64,000 bases of DNA, taken from assembly GCA_029861785.1 (NCBI GenBank), contig JAOTYR010000001.1, positions 2,636-66,635 of the forward strand, read 5' to 3'. The notes beneath the pieces were generated by a model. That model saw only the letters and a list, made by a program, of their open reading frames with translations, ran no database searches and was not told the origin of the DNA. Below, piece after piece: positions 1 through 9,924 of this stretch (positions within the stretch are counted from its first letter, which is position 1; each line of letters opens with the position of its first letter). Made by a program: the position numbers and the translations under genes. The DNA is from Nitrosopumilus sp. GTDB lineage: Archaea > Thermoproteota > Nitrososphaeria > Nitrososphaerales > Nitrosopumilaceae.

Positions 1-769
1 AAACGTTAAACCCAAATCTGGAAGACTAAATCCTAGTCAAAGAACCGCAGTAAAAGAGGCCGTTAAAAAAATGTTAATGGGTTCTGAAATTATTTCAGAT
101 TCTACAGGAGGGATTACTGCTCAAGTTTTAGTTAATCTTTTAGAGCTTTCTGTTGATGGGGCATTCAAAAGAATGCTTCACCTTACAAAATCAATGTCAA
201 ATGATGCCATACTTGCAGTAAAAGAAAATAATTTGGAGCTTGCGCAAGAAGTTATCAATACCGATGATGAGGTAGATAGATTTGGATTTTATATTATTCG
301 CCAATTAAAAATTGCAATTCAGAATGAACATATGCTAAAAGAAATGGGATTCAGAAATGCTAGAAATTGCCTTGGATATCGGCTGGTTGTAAAAAATATT
401 GAAAGAACAGGAGATCATGCAGCATTTATTGCAAAGGATCTCTTAGAATTCAAAAAGTCTGTGAAAAAGGAAATTTTAGACAAAATTCAAGAGATGAATG
501 AATTTTGTTTAGGCGTCCTAGACGATTCTTGTTTGGCCTTATTCAAGGAAGACTATAATCATGCCGAAAAGATAATTGAGAAAACCTTTGATATCACAAA
601 ATATGAGAAAAAAATTCGAGATGCTTCCAGATCTCTAAAGGATGATGAAGAAATTTACAGAATAAGAAGGATAAGTGAGAGCATTAGGAGGATTTCAGAG
701 TATGCAAGTGATATTGCAGAAATTGTTCTAAATATGAATATTGAAAAGGCGTTAAAGAAAAAGGCATAA
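1..769 (+). CDS. PhoU-family phosphate uptake regulator (5'-partial)
   Basis: Frame is open from position 2 (NVKPKSGRLNPSQR...). PhoU-type repeats DDEVDRF, NIERTGDHA and SIRRISEYASDIAE. Confidence 0.8.
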   Translation, partial: NVKPKSGRLNPSQRTAVKEAVKKMLMGSEIISDSTGGITAQVLVNLLELSVDGAFKRMLHLTKSMSNDAILAVKENNLELAQEVINTDDEVDRFGFYIIRQLKIAIQNEHMLKEMGFRNARNCLGYRLVVKNIERTGDHAAFIAKDLLEFKKSVKKEILDKIQEMNEFCLGVLDDSCLALFKEDYNHAEKIIEKTFDITKYEKKIRDASRSLKDDEEIYRIRRISESIRRISEYASDIAEIVLNMNIEKALKKKA

Positions 770-828
770 TTTTTGGTAGGCAAAGATAGTCAGGTTTTAA
801 TTTACGGTAAAATGAAATAATTAGAAAA

Positions 829-1950
829 ATGAATTCTGCCATTTTAATCACATACGACAAGGAAGATGTAATAACAGAGGCAGTGGGATTATGTGATGCA
901 GCAAGATATCATATAGTCCACACTATTACCCAAAATTTCCTAAAGAAGCCAAAGTATGGAATTAGTGGTGGAGTGTTAGAAAAATTAGAAGGGATAACTG
1001 AAAAGCTTAGACCAGATGTGATTGTTTTTGATGAAATTTTAAAACCAAGTCAGAATTATAATCTAGCAACTGCACTTCATAAAGAAATTTTAGATAGAGA
1101 GGCACTAATTCTTGAAATATTTGAATCTAGAGCATCAAGTTCAGAATCAAAATTACAAGTAAAACTGGCTCAACTACGATATGAAATGGTAAGAGCAAGA
1201 GAAAAGGTACGATTGTCCAGAATAGGAGAACAGCCAGGATTTATGGGAATTGGACAATTCGAGGTTGATGTTTACTATAACGATATAAAAAACAGAATGA
1301 AAACTGTAAGATCAAAATTAGAAAAAGCTGGTAAGCAAAGAGAGTTGCATCGACAAAGTAGAAAAAGACAAGGCTTCAAGACCATGTCATTGGCAGGATA
1401 TACGTCTGCCGGAAAAACAACTTTATTTAACAAATTAACCGGAGAGTCAAAGGAACAAAGTAAAGAGTTGTTTACGACATTATCTACCACTACCAGAAGG
1501 ATAGTAATAAATCAGGATCAATTTTTAATTGCAGATACTGTTGGTTTTATTAGCAAATTACCTGCATATATGATAGAAGCATTCAAGTCCACATTAGAGG
1601 AATTAATTTACACAGATGTTATTCTACTTGTAATTGACATTAGTGATTCTGCATCTGAATTAAAAAAGAAAGTTGCAAGTTGTCTACGTACATTAAGCGA
1701 TGTTGGAGTGGAACAAGATAAAATAATTTTTGTACTGAATAAATCAGATTTAGTTTCTAATTATGAAATTCGAGAAAAAGTAAAAATTTTAAATTTAGCG
1801 GAGAATAAAAAATGTATTGCAGTATCTGCTTTAGCAGAAAAAAATATGGATGAATTAAAAATTCTAATCAAAGATATAATTGAAAGTCAAAGTTTAACAA
1901 AAAATGATAAAAATTTGGTAAAGGAGTGGAATCATCCTTATGGTAATTGA
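829..1950 (+). CDS. hflX: GTPase HflX
   Basis: [37 protein letters not shown] and NKSD motifs. Confidence 0.93.
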   Translation: MNSAILITYDKEDVITEAVGLCDAARYHIVHTITQNFLKKPKYGISGGVLEKLEGITEKLRPDVIVFDEILKPSQNYNLATALHKEILDREALILEIFESRASSSESKLQVKLAQLRYEMVRAREKVRLSRIGEQPGFMGIGQFEVDVYYNDIKNRMKTVRSKLEKAGKQRELHRQSRKRQGFKTMSLAGYTSAGKTTLFNKLTGESKEQSKELFTTLSTTTRRIVINQDQFLIADTVGFISKLPAYMIEAFKSTLEELIYTDVILLVIDISDSASELKKKVASCLRTLSDVGVEQDKIIFVLNKSDLVSNYEIREKVKILNLAENKKCIAVSALAEKNMDELKILIKDIIESQSLTKNDKNLVKEWNHPYGN

Positions 1951-2473
1951 AGTGGTTAGAATTGGCCAAAGAGTAGTAAGAGATGATAGAGTAACAACTC
2001 ATGTCACTTTGGTTGCAAGGGCATTTGGTGCTAAAACAATTTTTATGACAGAGGTAAATCCAGACATCAAAGATACCCTAGATAAGATAAACAATACTTG
2101 GGGAGGTGATTTTTCAGTAGAATTTATTGATAGTTGGAAACCTTTAATAAAAAAGAAAAAAGAAAATGGCTTTAAAATTGTGCATCTTTCTATGTACGGT
2201 GAAAAAATTAATGATATTCAATCTGACCTTAGAAAAGAAGAGAATATGGTAATAGTAGTGGGTGCAGAAAAAGTACCCAGAGAAATTTACGAGTCTGCAG
2301 ATTATAACGTAGGAATTGGAAGTCAACCTCATTCTGAAATCAGTGCTTTAGCAATACTTTTGGATCGAATTCAAAAGGGGAGTCAGTTCAACAAAGTATT
2401 CCCAGAGGCAAAAAGAAAGATCATACCTACAAAAATGGGTAAAACTGTAGTAATGAAAGAGACAAGGGATTAA
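1940..2473 (+). CDS. trm56: tRNA (cytidine(56)-2'-O)-methyltransferase
   Basis: [25 protein letters not shown] and [11 protein letters not shown] are SPOUT aTrm56 motifs. Confidence 0.93.
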   Translation: MVIEVVRIGQRVVRDDRVTTHVTLVARAFGAKTIFMTEVNPDIKDTLDKINNTWGGDFSVEFIDSWKPLIKKKKENGFKIVHLSMYGEKINDIQSDLRKEENMVIVVGAEKVPREIYESADYNVGIGSQPHSEISALAILLDRIQKGSQFNKVFPEAKRKIIPTKMGKTVVMKETRD

Positions 2474-2499
2474 TAATAGAATACAATTAGTCATTAAAG

Positions 2500-3015
2500 T
2501 TGGTAGACAAATACGAAGATCCCTTTGTCAGAATTGCTTCGATGATTGGCGGTGATGAATACCTAAAGGTTGCCAGATCACTTTTAAAAGCAGAAGATGC
2601 AACAGATGAAGAAATAGCTAGTTCTACAGGCCTAAGGATTAACATGGTCAGAAAAGTATTGTATGATTTATTTGGAAAATCACTGATAACGGGAATTCGA
2701 GTAAAAGATGAACGAAAGGGTTGGTTTGTTTATAGATGGAGAACAAGAAGAGAGGAGGTAGAGCATTTCATTGAAAATCAAAAAAAGAAAATCACTGAAA
2801 GGCTGCAGCAGAGATTAGATTTTGAAAACCATTCAGATTTTTATCATTGTGGGAATGAAGATTGTCCAAGAGTAACATTTGAAGAGGCTTTAGAAGGGAT
2901 GTTCAAGTGTCCCTCTTGCCAAAATGTATTGAATTTAAAGAAAAACGATAAATCAAAAAAAGCATATGCCAAGAAAGTTGATGAGATAAAAAAAGATATG
3001 CAACAAATATTCTAG
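2500..3015 (+). CDS. tfe: Transcription factor E (TFIIE alpha homolog)
   Basis: TDEEIA...VRKVLYDL winged helix, GWFVYRW, Zn ribbon FYHC...FKCPSC. TTG start. Confidence 0.92.
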   Translation: MVDKYEDPFVRIASMIGGDEYLKVARSLLKAEDATDEEIASSTGLRINMVRKVLYDLFGKSLITGIRVKDERKGWFVYRWRTRREEVEHFIENQKKKITERLQQRLDFENHSDFYHCGNEDCPRVTFEEALEGMFKCPSCQNVLNLKKNDKSKKAYAKKVDEIKKDMQQIF

Positions 3016-3254
3016 GTGAATTTTTCAAATTAACTAATTTCACTAGTCCCTTGTAGAAAATAATTTTTTAATAAATTTTAGTGAAAATATGATATGAAGT
3101 AATTACAAATAATAATAATTTCTTGAAAAAGTTTTCCAAGTTATGAATTTTTAATAATGATCATACAAAAAATATTCATTTTTTACTATATCGAGAAGAA
3201 AAGATGCTTTCTAATAGTTCGAAAAAACTTGAATTCTAGCTTACTGAATTAAAT

Positions 3255-4670
3255 ATGAGTAATTATTGGAAAAGATCCTTGAATCAAATTACTACGGTAA
3301 ATCCAGCAACAGGTGAAGAAATTTCAAAATTTACCCCAATGGATAAAGATCAGGTTTTTCAATTAGTAGGTAAAGCAAAGAGAGCATATCCAGAGTGGAA
3401 AAAAAACTATGAAAAACGAAGAAGTTACATTTACAATTTAGTTGAATATTTAAAAAAAAATAAAACAGAGTTAGGCAAAATTGCAACATCTGAGATGGGA
3501 AAGGCTCTCAAGGAATCAATTGGTGAAGTTGAAAAATGTGCGTGGGCGTTAGAGTTTTATGCGGATCATGGTGATAGTTTTCTTTCTGATGAAGTCCTAA
3601 ACACAGATGCTCGAAAAAGTTTCTTAACATTTGAACCACTTGGAGTAATTGGTTCTATTATGCCATGGAACTTTCCGTATTGGCAAGCACTAAGATTTGC
3701 TGCACCATGTTTAATGGCAGGAAATGTAATAGTTATGAAACCATCCAGATTAACTCTTCAATCTGGAATTGAAATTGAAAAAGCATTTACAGAATCAGGT
3801 GTTCCAGATGGGATTTTTCAAACAGTAGTAGGAAGTGTTGATTCAGCTAACCATCTAATCGATTCAGAAGTTAATGCTGTTACATTTACTGGAAGTACAA
3901 ATGCAGGAGCAAAAGTCGGTGAACGTGCAGCAATAAATTTGAAAAAATGTGTTCTAGAACTTGGAGGAAGTGATCCATTCATCGTTTTAGATGATGCAAT
4001 AATTGAAAAAGCTGCTGAAGGAGCAGTTAAAGGAAGGTTTATCAATTGTGGACAAAGCTGTGTGGCCTCAAAAAGGTTTTTTGTAGGAAAAAATATTGCT
4101 AAAGATTTCATTGAGCTGTTTATTAAGAAAGCATCTAAGCTGAAAGTTGGAGATCCTATGTCCATAGAAACTGATGTAGGTCCACTTTCGAGTAAAGAAG
4201 GATTAGATACGATTTCAGGGATTGTCGAAGATGCTAAGGAAAAAGGAGCTGAAATTCTTTTAGGAGGAGCTGAAATTGAAGGTAAGGGTTGCTTTTATCA
4301 GCCTACTATTCTTACAAATGTTAAACCAAATATGCGAATTGCAAAAGAAGAAACTTTTGGTCCGGTAGCTCCAATAACAGTAGTAGACAATGAAAGTGAA
4401 GCAGTTAGATTAGCAAATGATATTGAATTCGGATTAGGAGCCAGCATTTGGACCAAAGATTTAGAAAAAGCCGATAAAATGTCAAGAAGAATAGAATCAG
4501 GCATAGTTAGTGTAAATAACGTGGTTCTTTCAGATCCACGAGTTCCTTTTGGAGGGATAAAACATAGTGGATTTGGAAGAGAATTATCAAGATACGGTAT
4601 GCTAGAATTTGTAAATATTAAATCAGTTAGATTTTATGAAAATCTTACTCATCATCATTATGTAGAATAG
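3255..4670 (+). CDS. NAD(P)-dependent aldehyde dehydrogenase (succinate-semialdehyde dehydrogenase-like)
   Basis: PWNFP, FTGST, LELGGSDP, GQSCVA (catalytic Cys), EETFGPV, PFGGIKHSGFGRE. The true start may be TTG near 3279. Confidence 0.88.
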   Translation: MSNYWKRSLNQITTVNPATGEEISKFTPMDKDQVFQLVGKAKRAYPEWKKNYEKRRSYIYNLVEYLKKNKTELGKIATSEMGKALKESIGEVEKCAWALEFYADHGDSFLSDEVLNTDARKSFLTFEPLGVIGSIMPWNFPYWQALRFAAPCLMAGNVIVMKPSRLTLQSGIEIEKAFTESGVPDGIFQTVVGSVDSANHLIDSEVNAVTFTGSTNAGAKVGERAAINLKKCVLELGGSDPFIVLDDAIIEKAAEGAVKGRFINCGQSCVASKRFFVGKNIAKDFIELFIKKASKLKVGDPMSIETDVGPLSSKEGLDTISGIVEDAKEKGAEILLGGAEIEGKGCFYQPTILTNVKPNMRIAKEETFGPVAPITVVDNESEAVRLANDIEFGLGASIWTKDLEKADKMSRRIESGIVSVNNVVLSDPRVPFGGIKHSGFGRELSRYGMLEFVNIKSVRFYENLTHHHYVE

Positions 4671-4681
4671 ATCAATTTATC

Positions 4682-5239
4682 TTAGTTTTCTTGTTTAGAA
4701 ACATCTTTGGTGAGATTTTCAACAAGTTCTTCATAATTTTCTCGAGTTTTTCCGGTTTCTTTGAGTTTAATTTCTTCTATATTGGTTAATTCTCTATCGA
4801 CTTTCTCTGAAACATATTGTAACCTAGCCTCGGCCATCATAAACAATCTATTATTTTCTTTCCACAGATGCTCAGTTATGTGTTCAGTATATTGTTTCAT
4901 ATCATTAATTAAATTTTCAGAGGTTCCAGAATCAATGTATTGTTTTGCAGATTCTTCCATATGTTTTCCAATTTCTCGTGATCGTTCATGATCTATTAAC
5001 ATCATTGCAATTGGTCCCATATTTCTTGGCATTCCAGCTTGCTCTAATGCAGGAAACAAAGCATTTTCTTCTTTACTATGATGACACACATCTGTAAAGT
5101 TTTTAGAAAAGTCAATTACTGGATAAAGTATAGATTCAGGAATTTGTTTTCCACTATCAAGGAGTTGAATTGTCGCTTTCATAGCTTTAATTACTTTTTC
5201 AATTAATTCATGGTCTCGTCGTAAAGATGCAGTTGACAT
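4682..5239 (-). CDS. Hemerythrin/HHE cation-binding domain protein
   Basis: DH, HHSKEE..LFP, DHE and EHLWKEN motifs. Confidence 0.85.
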   Translation of the reverse strand: MSTASLRRDHELIEKVIKAMKATIQLLDSGKQIPESILYPVIDFSKNFTDVCHHSKEENALFPALEQAGMPRNMGPIAMMLIDHERSREIGKHMEESAKQYIDSGTSENLINDMKQYTEHITEHLWKENNRLFMMAEARLQYVSEKVDRELTNIEEIKLKETGKTRENYEELVENLTKDVSKQEN

Positions 5240-5335
5240 GTAATTTTTTGATAAATTCCTTTATCTAAAGTTTATTAAATTTATAGGAAAATATTAGAAA
5301 GAAGGAAACGAAATTTTTTCGTTAACCATTTGTTT

Positions 5336-5566
5336 CTATCGGTTTGAAAGACTATTGGATTTCACAAATGCCCAAATTTTTTTGGTCATTTCACTTGGTG
5401 CAATCGGTTTCTTACCAAATACTTGCTCAACTGTTTCTTTGCGACCTACAAAGTTAATTGCATATCCACCAAATGCTGGTTTTTTTGTTTTAGTGGTAGA
5501 TTTTGTTTTTTTACTTGAGCTGCTAGTGGTTTTCTTTTTTGTTGTAGTTTTCTTTTTTGCTGCCAA
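5336..5566 (-). CDS. Small basic protein with Lys/Thr/Ser-rich tail and SWIB/MDM2-like C-terminus
   Basis: VFGKKPIAPSEMTKKIWAFVKSNSL resembles the SWIB core (IVG..P.SR.EV.KK.W.YIK.NNL). Very basic low-complexity N-terminus. TTG start. Confidence 0.6.
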   Translation of the reverse strand: MAAKKKTTTKKKTTSSSSKKTKSTTKTKKPAFGGYAINFVGRKETVEQVFGKKPIAPSEMTKKIWAFVKSNSLSNR

Positions 5567-5602
5567 TTTCTCGTACTACTATTTCAAATTAAGTATAATA
5601 AC

Positions 5603-6259
5603 TTACAGTTTTGTATAATGTAAAACAAGGTCATTTTCAAGCCTTTTGATTCTATTTAGCCTTAGTTTTGGTGATTTTGTAACTTTATCAAATCCTTTAC
5701 CTTGAACCAAAGATATTGCATTTTTTCCACCTAAAATAAAAGGTGTTATTGTTATGAAAAATTCATCAACTAAATTATTTTTTATAAATTCCCAGTTTAT
5801 AGTCCCCCCACCCTCTAGAAGCACCGTTTTAATTTTTCTTTTTCCAAGACTACTCATTAATGTTTTAACATTTATTTGGTTTTTACCTATTATCAGTATT
5901 TCAATTGGAAAGTTCTTTAATTTTTGCAAATTTCTTTTTGTTATTTTTTTGGAAACAACAATGATGGTTTTTATTTGATAGCTTGTTTGCAGTATTTTGG
6001 ATTTATTTGAAATAGTTCCCCGAGAATCCAGAATTATTCTGATAGGATTTCTTCCTCTGGAGTATCTTACGTTAAGTAAAGGATCATCTTTGTTAACTGT
6101 ATTTTTTCCAATTAAAATTGCGTCTACTTGTGAACGTAATTGGTGAAGTCTTATGAGATCCTTTTTAGAAGAAAGTTTAGAATCTCCTGAGCCAGTTGCT
6201 ATTTTTCCATCTATTGATATTGCTGCACTTAAAATTATTTTTGGATTAAATTTTTCCAT
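5603..6259 (-). CDS. arfC: 2,5-diamino-6-ribosylamino-4(3H)-pyrimidinone 5'-phosphate reductase (RibD C-terminal type)
   Basis: AISIDGKIA, DAILIG.NTV..DDPLL and LLEGGGTIN, in riboflavin operon context. Confidence 0.88.
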   Translation of the reverse strand: MEKFNPKIILSAAISIDGKIATGSGDSKLSSKKDLIRLHQLRSQVDAILIGKNTVNKDDPLLNVRYSRGRNPIRIILDSRGTISNKSKILQTSYQIKTIIVVSKKITKRNLQKLKNFPIEILIIGKNQINVKTLMSSLGKRKIKTVLLEGGGTINWEFIKNNLVDEFFITITPFILGGKNAISLVQGKGFDKVTKSPKLRLNRIKRLENDLVLHYTKL

Positions 6260-7436
6260 GAACTATCTTACCTCCAATCATAACTGCTCTAATACTAGAT
6301 TCTGAAGCTCGATGCACAATTGATGCATGAACATTATGCATTGGTTCTAAATCAATAGAATGTTTATCAATGAATATTCCATCTGCATATTTTCCCGTCT
6401 CAATTACTCCAACTTCTTTTTTCAAAATTTTTCCACCGTTTACTGTTGCCATTTTCAAAATTTCTTTTGGATTTACTCTTTTTTTATGAATTGCCATTGA
6501 AACTTTCCATAAATAATCCATTTCTCGAAACATATCTGGAGAATTTATCATGATATTATCCGTTCCTAATGCTATTGTACATCCAGTTTTTTTCATTAAA
6601 TCAATGTCTGGAATTCCTTCTGCAAGTGAAGCATTTGCTCGTGGACAAATTACAATTCCCCTGGTTTTTTTGGCTGTAGTGAAAAGATCTCCTTTTGAGG
6701 CATGAGTCATATGAACCAAAAAATGAGGTTTAAGATTCAATGCCCGTATTGTCTCAGATTTTCCAGTAATTTTTTTTGACGTAGAAACACTTTGTCTTGT
6801 TTCTGATGAATGGATTGCTCTCAATTTTGATGTCCTAGAGTAGAAATTTAGAACTGATTGACTATTTTCATTTGCTCCACTAATTCCAAGTCCATCACAT
6901 TTTGTAAGTAAATTTGTCAATTCATCAATTCGGTTTTTTGGGAATGATGTATTTTTTTGTATTTCTATATTTGTTTGATAAAATTCTAATCTTCCAAGAA
7001 TTATTGACCGTATTGGGACTTTAGATAACACTTCTTTAAGCATCAAAATTCCATCTAATCCTCCTTCTCGAAAATCCACAAATGTAGTGATTCCGTTTTT
7101 TAACATAGTGTTGCAAGAATTTTTCATGAAGTTTTTAAGCTGTTTAGGATCTGTTTCTTTTAGGATTTTTGATTTTATTCCTAGAACGGGATGAATGCGG
7201 TTGTTTACAGAGCTATTCAAAGTAATGTCTTTTGCGATAGAATCTCCAATATGAGTATGACAATTCATAAATCCAGGAATTAATAACATTCCTTCACAAT
7301 CTATTGATTCTTCTTTTGCGCTTGGACCTATATTATGTTGAATTTTTTTAAATCTATTATTCTGAACTTTTAAATTAATGTTGGATACATATACTAATTC
7401 TTTACCAATTAGCGCACTAACATTTTTTATTAACAT
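6246..7436 (-). CDS. Metal-dependent amidohydrolase (deaminase-like subfamily)
   Basis: PGFMNCHTHIGD (HxH), IHSSE, LVH, ICPRAN, LGTDN and MATVNG motifs. Confidence 0.85.
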   Translation of the reverse strand: MLIKNVSALIGKELVYVSNINLKVQNNRFKKIQHNIGPSAKEESIDCEGMLLIPGFMNCHTHIGDSIAKDITLNSSVNNRIHPVLGIKSKILKETDPKQLKNFMKNSCNTMLKNGITTFVDFREGGLDGILMLKEVLSKVPIRSIILGRLEFYQTNIEIQKNTSFPKNRIDELTNLLTKCDGLGISGANENSQSVLNFYSRTSKLRAIHSSETRQSVSTSKKITGKSETIRALNLKPHFLVHMTHASKGDLFTTAKKTRGIVICPRANASLAEGIPDIDLMKKTGCTIALGTDNIMINSPDMFREMDYLWKVSMAIHKKRVNPKEILKMATVNGGKILKKEVGVIETGKYADGIFIDKHSIDLEPMHNVHASIVHRASESSIRAVMIGGKIVHGKI

Positions 7437-8182
7437 TGTAATTCATAAACTTCAGGTTTTTCTTTTCCTGAATCTCGAATTTCTCTAATAGTATCAAGAG
7501 ATTTGGTGGCAAGATTTACAGCCTCTCTAGAAGTTTTTCCACTGCCAATCCCACAATTCAAAATAATTCCATCTTCTTTTTTGATTAATCCTATGAAGTC
7601 CTTTGCAGTTTTTTTTGCATCCACACTGGCAATGACCATAAAATTATCTCCTCCCATGAAAAATGTTAAAGAATTTCTTTTAATAAAGAATTTCAACATT
7701 TTTGCATATAAGCTAAAAATAACTGAAGAGATTTCAATTGGAGAGAGTATTTTTCTTTTAGAAGAAAGATCATCTATATCAAAATGCATAATGATTACAT
7801 TTTTTTTTGACACAGCATTTTCAAAACCAAAAATATCATGTTCTTTACTTAAAATGATTTCATTTTTCTTTCCTTCGTATGCTTTTAGATTTGCTTCAAA
7901 TGGAGAATTTGCGTGTCCTATGAAAATTGAAAGTCGTATATCAAATTTTTTTCTAAGATTTTTTTGAATTTCTATATGATCTTCCAGATTTAACCCGTTT
8001 GATACTACAAAAAATTCATCTGCCCTATTTAGGAAAACGAGACAATTCTTTTCTGAAAATTGTCTCTGGAGTTCCTTGTAAAGAGATGCTTGAAGCATTT
8101 GAAGCTCATGTTCTCTATCACTTCCTTGTGTCAATGTCCATGGACCATAATCGTTTATTTTTAAAATACTAAGTTGAATCAT
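7430..8182 (-). CDS. gch3: GTP cyclohydrolase III (IIa)
   Basis: YGPWTLT.GSDREHELQMLQA and FFMGGDNF are characteristic motifs. Confidence 0.92.
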   Translation of the reverse strand: MIQLSILKINDYGPWTLTQGSDREHELQMLQASLYKELQRQFSEKNCLVFLNRADEFFVVSNGLNLEDHIEIQKNLRKKFDIRLSIFIGHANSPFEANLKAYEGKKNEIILSKEHDIFGFENAVSKKNVIIMHFDIDDLSSKRKILSPIEISSVIFSLYAKMLKFFIKRNSLTFFMGGDNFMVIASVDAKKTAKDFIGLIKKEDGIILNCGIGSGKTSREAVNLATKSLDTIREIRDSGKEKPEVYELQC

Positions 8183-8595
8183 TCCTTAATCCTATCAAGT
8201 TCATTTGTTACTTTTACAAATGCTTCTACTGCTCTTTCAGATACAGATCTAATTCGTGCAAAAGCATGTCTTTCTTGCATACCAGGTCCTGTAATTCCAA
8301 GTGAAACAGGTTTTCGATATTTTAATGATAGTTCGGTTAAGGCCTTTGCTGCAGAATGAGCAATTACCTCATCATGTTTTGTTTGTCCTTTGATAATAGC
8401 ACCCAAGGTAACTACCCCATCTACATTTTTTTTTTGTAATAAGGAATCAACAATAATAGGCATATCGTATGCACCTGGAACTTTACAAATATAGGTTATT
8501 TTTAATTTCAATATTTTTGCTTTTTCTTGGGCCACAGAAAGCATTTTTGATGTCACTTCTTGATTAAATTCTGAAACTACTATAGCAATGTTCAA
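8179..8595 (-). CDS. ribH: 6,7-dimethyl-8-ribityllumazine synthase
   Basis: IAIVVSEFN, VPGAYDMP, LGAIIKGQTKHD and PVSLGITGPG. Confidence 0.95.
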   Translation of the reverse strand: MNIAIVVSEFNQEVTSKMLSVAQEKAKILKLKITYICKVPGAYDMPIIVDSLLQKKNVDGVVTLGAIIKGQTKHDEVIAHSAAKALTELSLKYRKPVSLGITGPGMQERHAFARIRSVSERAVEAFVKVTNELDRIKE

Positions 8596-8597
8596 AA

Positions 8598-9260
8598 TTA
8601 ATGCACCTTTGCGTATTCTAATAGTTCTTTTCCATCAATTAATGGAATAGCGTTTTGTTTTGCATATTTTTCTGCTTTTTCTATTGACAAGGCAGAATAT
8701 GTTTCAGCATCCATCATTTCACATATTGCTGTTACTGGAGTCAAATCTGCGAGTTTGGTCATGTAAACTGACATTTCAGTATGACCTTGTCTGTTTTGTA
8801 ATAGTCCTTTTGATGCAAGCAATATGGGTACATGGCCAGGAGTTTTAAAAGAAGAAATAAATTTTTTCTTTTTGTTATCGACATCAAAAATATTGGCCAT
8901 TTCTCTAATAGTTAAGGAACGATCTCTATCAGTAATTCCGGTATAAGTTTGATAATGATTTATAGAAATTGAAAAAGTCGGCCGATCTCCATAGGGAGCA
9001 AGGCCCATTATCATTTCTTTGTCGGTAGATGTTTCTGCCAAAATATCGTGCATATAGCGTAAACCTAAAGAATTTGCAAAATCATTATCAATTGCAATAC
9101 ATAAAAGACCTCCTGCATGTTGACGCATACGGGCAACATGTTCGGGAGTAACAAATTCTGCAGCTGTTACCATGTCGATCTCATTTTCCCTTCCTGCAGA
9201 GTCAAACAAGAGAACAAATTCTCCTCTTTTCAAGGATTGAATACCTGATTCAAGTGACAC
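8598..9260 (-). CDS. ribB: 3,4-dihydroxy-2-butanone 4-phosphate synthase
   Basis: DSAGRENEID, TGITDRDR, FKTPGHV, RQGHTE and CEMMD. Confidence 0.95.
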   Translation of the reverse strand: MSLESGIQSLKRGEFVLLFDSAGRENEIDMVTAAEFVTPEHVARMRQHAGGLLCIAIDNDFANSLGLRYMHDILAETSTDKEMIMGLAPYGDRPTFSISINHYQTYTGITDRDRSLTIREMANIFDVDNKKKKFISSFKTPGHVPILLASKGLLQNRQGHTEMSVYMTKLADLTPVTAICEMMDAETYSALSIEKAEKYAKQNAIPLIDGKELLEYAKVH

Positions 9261-9284
9261 GAGTGAAAATGGGCAAGAGTCAGA

Positions 9285-9328
9285 TTATAAAGTTTACTAA
9301 AAAATTAGTAAATACCACGATATTGGTA
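9285..9328 (-). promoter_or_regulatory. ribB promoter: TATA box plus two tandem 16-bp palindromic operator candidates
   Basis: Minus-strand TTTATAA at 9285-9291, about 25-31 nt upstream of the ribB start. TACTAAAAAATTAGTA at 9295-9310 and TACCACGATATTGGTA at 9313-9328. Confidence 0.55.
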
Positions 9329-9339
9329 ATAAAGGTATT

Positions 9340-9924
9340 TTATTTTAAAATATATTTCCCAAGAATATCGGTTTCAATATTAATTTTATCACCAATATTT
9401 TTTGTTTGAAAGTTGGTAATTTCAATTGTATGAGGAATAAGACAAACAGAAACTAAATTATTTTTTATATCAACAACAGTTAAGCTTATTCCATCCATTG
9501 CAATTGATCCTTTTTTTACAATGAATTTTGATAATTTTTTTGGAACTTCAAACCAGATTTGAACTTCTTTTGGTTTCTTTTGGATTTTTTTTATTATTCC
9601 CACTCCATCTACATGCCCCAATACAAAATGCCCTTCTAGTCTATCACCTGCCTTGAGACTTCTTTCAATATTTACCATATCTCCTGGTTTGAGGTTACCC
9701 AAATCAGTTTTCTTTGTTGTTTCTTCAATCATTTCAAAAGTGCATTTAGTTTTAGATAATTTTGTTACAGTTAAACAAACTCCATTCAAGGCAACACTTT
9801 GACCAATCTTCAAACCTTTTCCATGTTTTCCTAGATCTACAATCATTTGTATTGCACTTCTATTTTTGGTAGCTTCAGAAATTTTCTTCACTTTTCCAAT
9901 ACCTTTAACTATTCCCGTAAACAT
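9340..9924 (-). CDS. ribE: Riboflavin synthase (bacterial/eukaryotic alpha type)
   Basis: The canonical N-terminus MFTGIV fixes the start at 9924. Internal duplicated motifs SVALNGVCLTV and SIAMDGISLTV, plus GHFVLGHVDG. Confidence 0.93.
   Translation of the reverse strand: MFTGIVKGIGKVKKISEATKNRSAIQMIVDLGKHGKGLKIGQSVALNGVCLTVTKLSKTKCTFEMIEETTKKTDLGNLKPGDMVNIERSLKAGDRLEGHFVLGHVDGVGIIKKIQKKPKEVQIWFEVPKKLSKFIVKKGSIAMDGISLTVVDIKNNLVSVCLIPHTIEITNFQTKNIGDKINIETDILGKYILK

Noticed and set aside
5307..5323. Inverted repeat AACGAAA-TTT-TTTCGTT between the hemerythrin and SWIB-like genes
   Set aside because: Single occurrence, mostly A/T. It could be a terminator or an operator, but nothing supports either.
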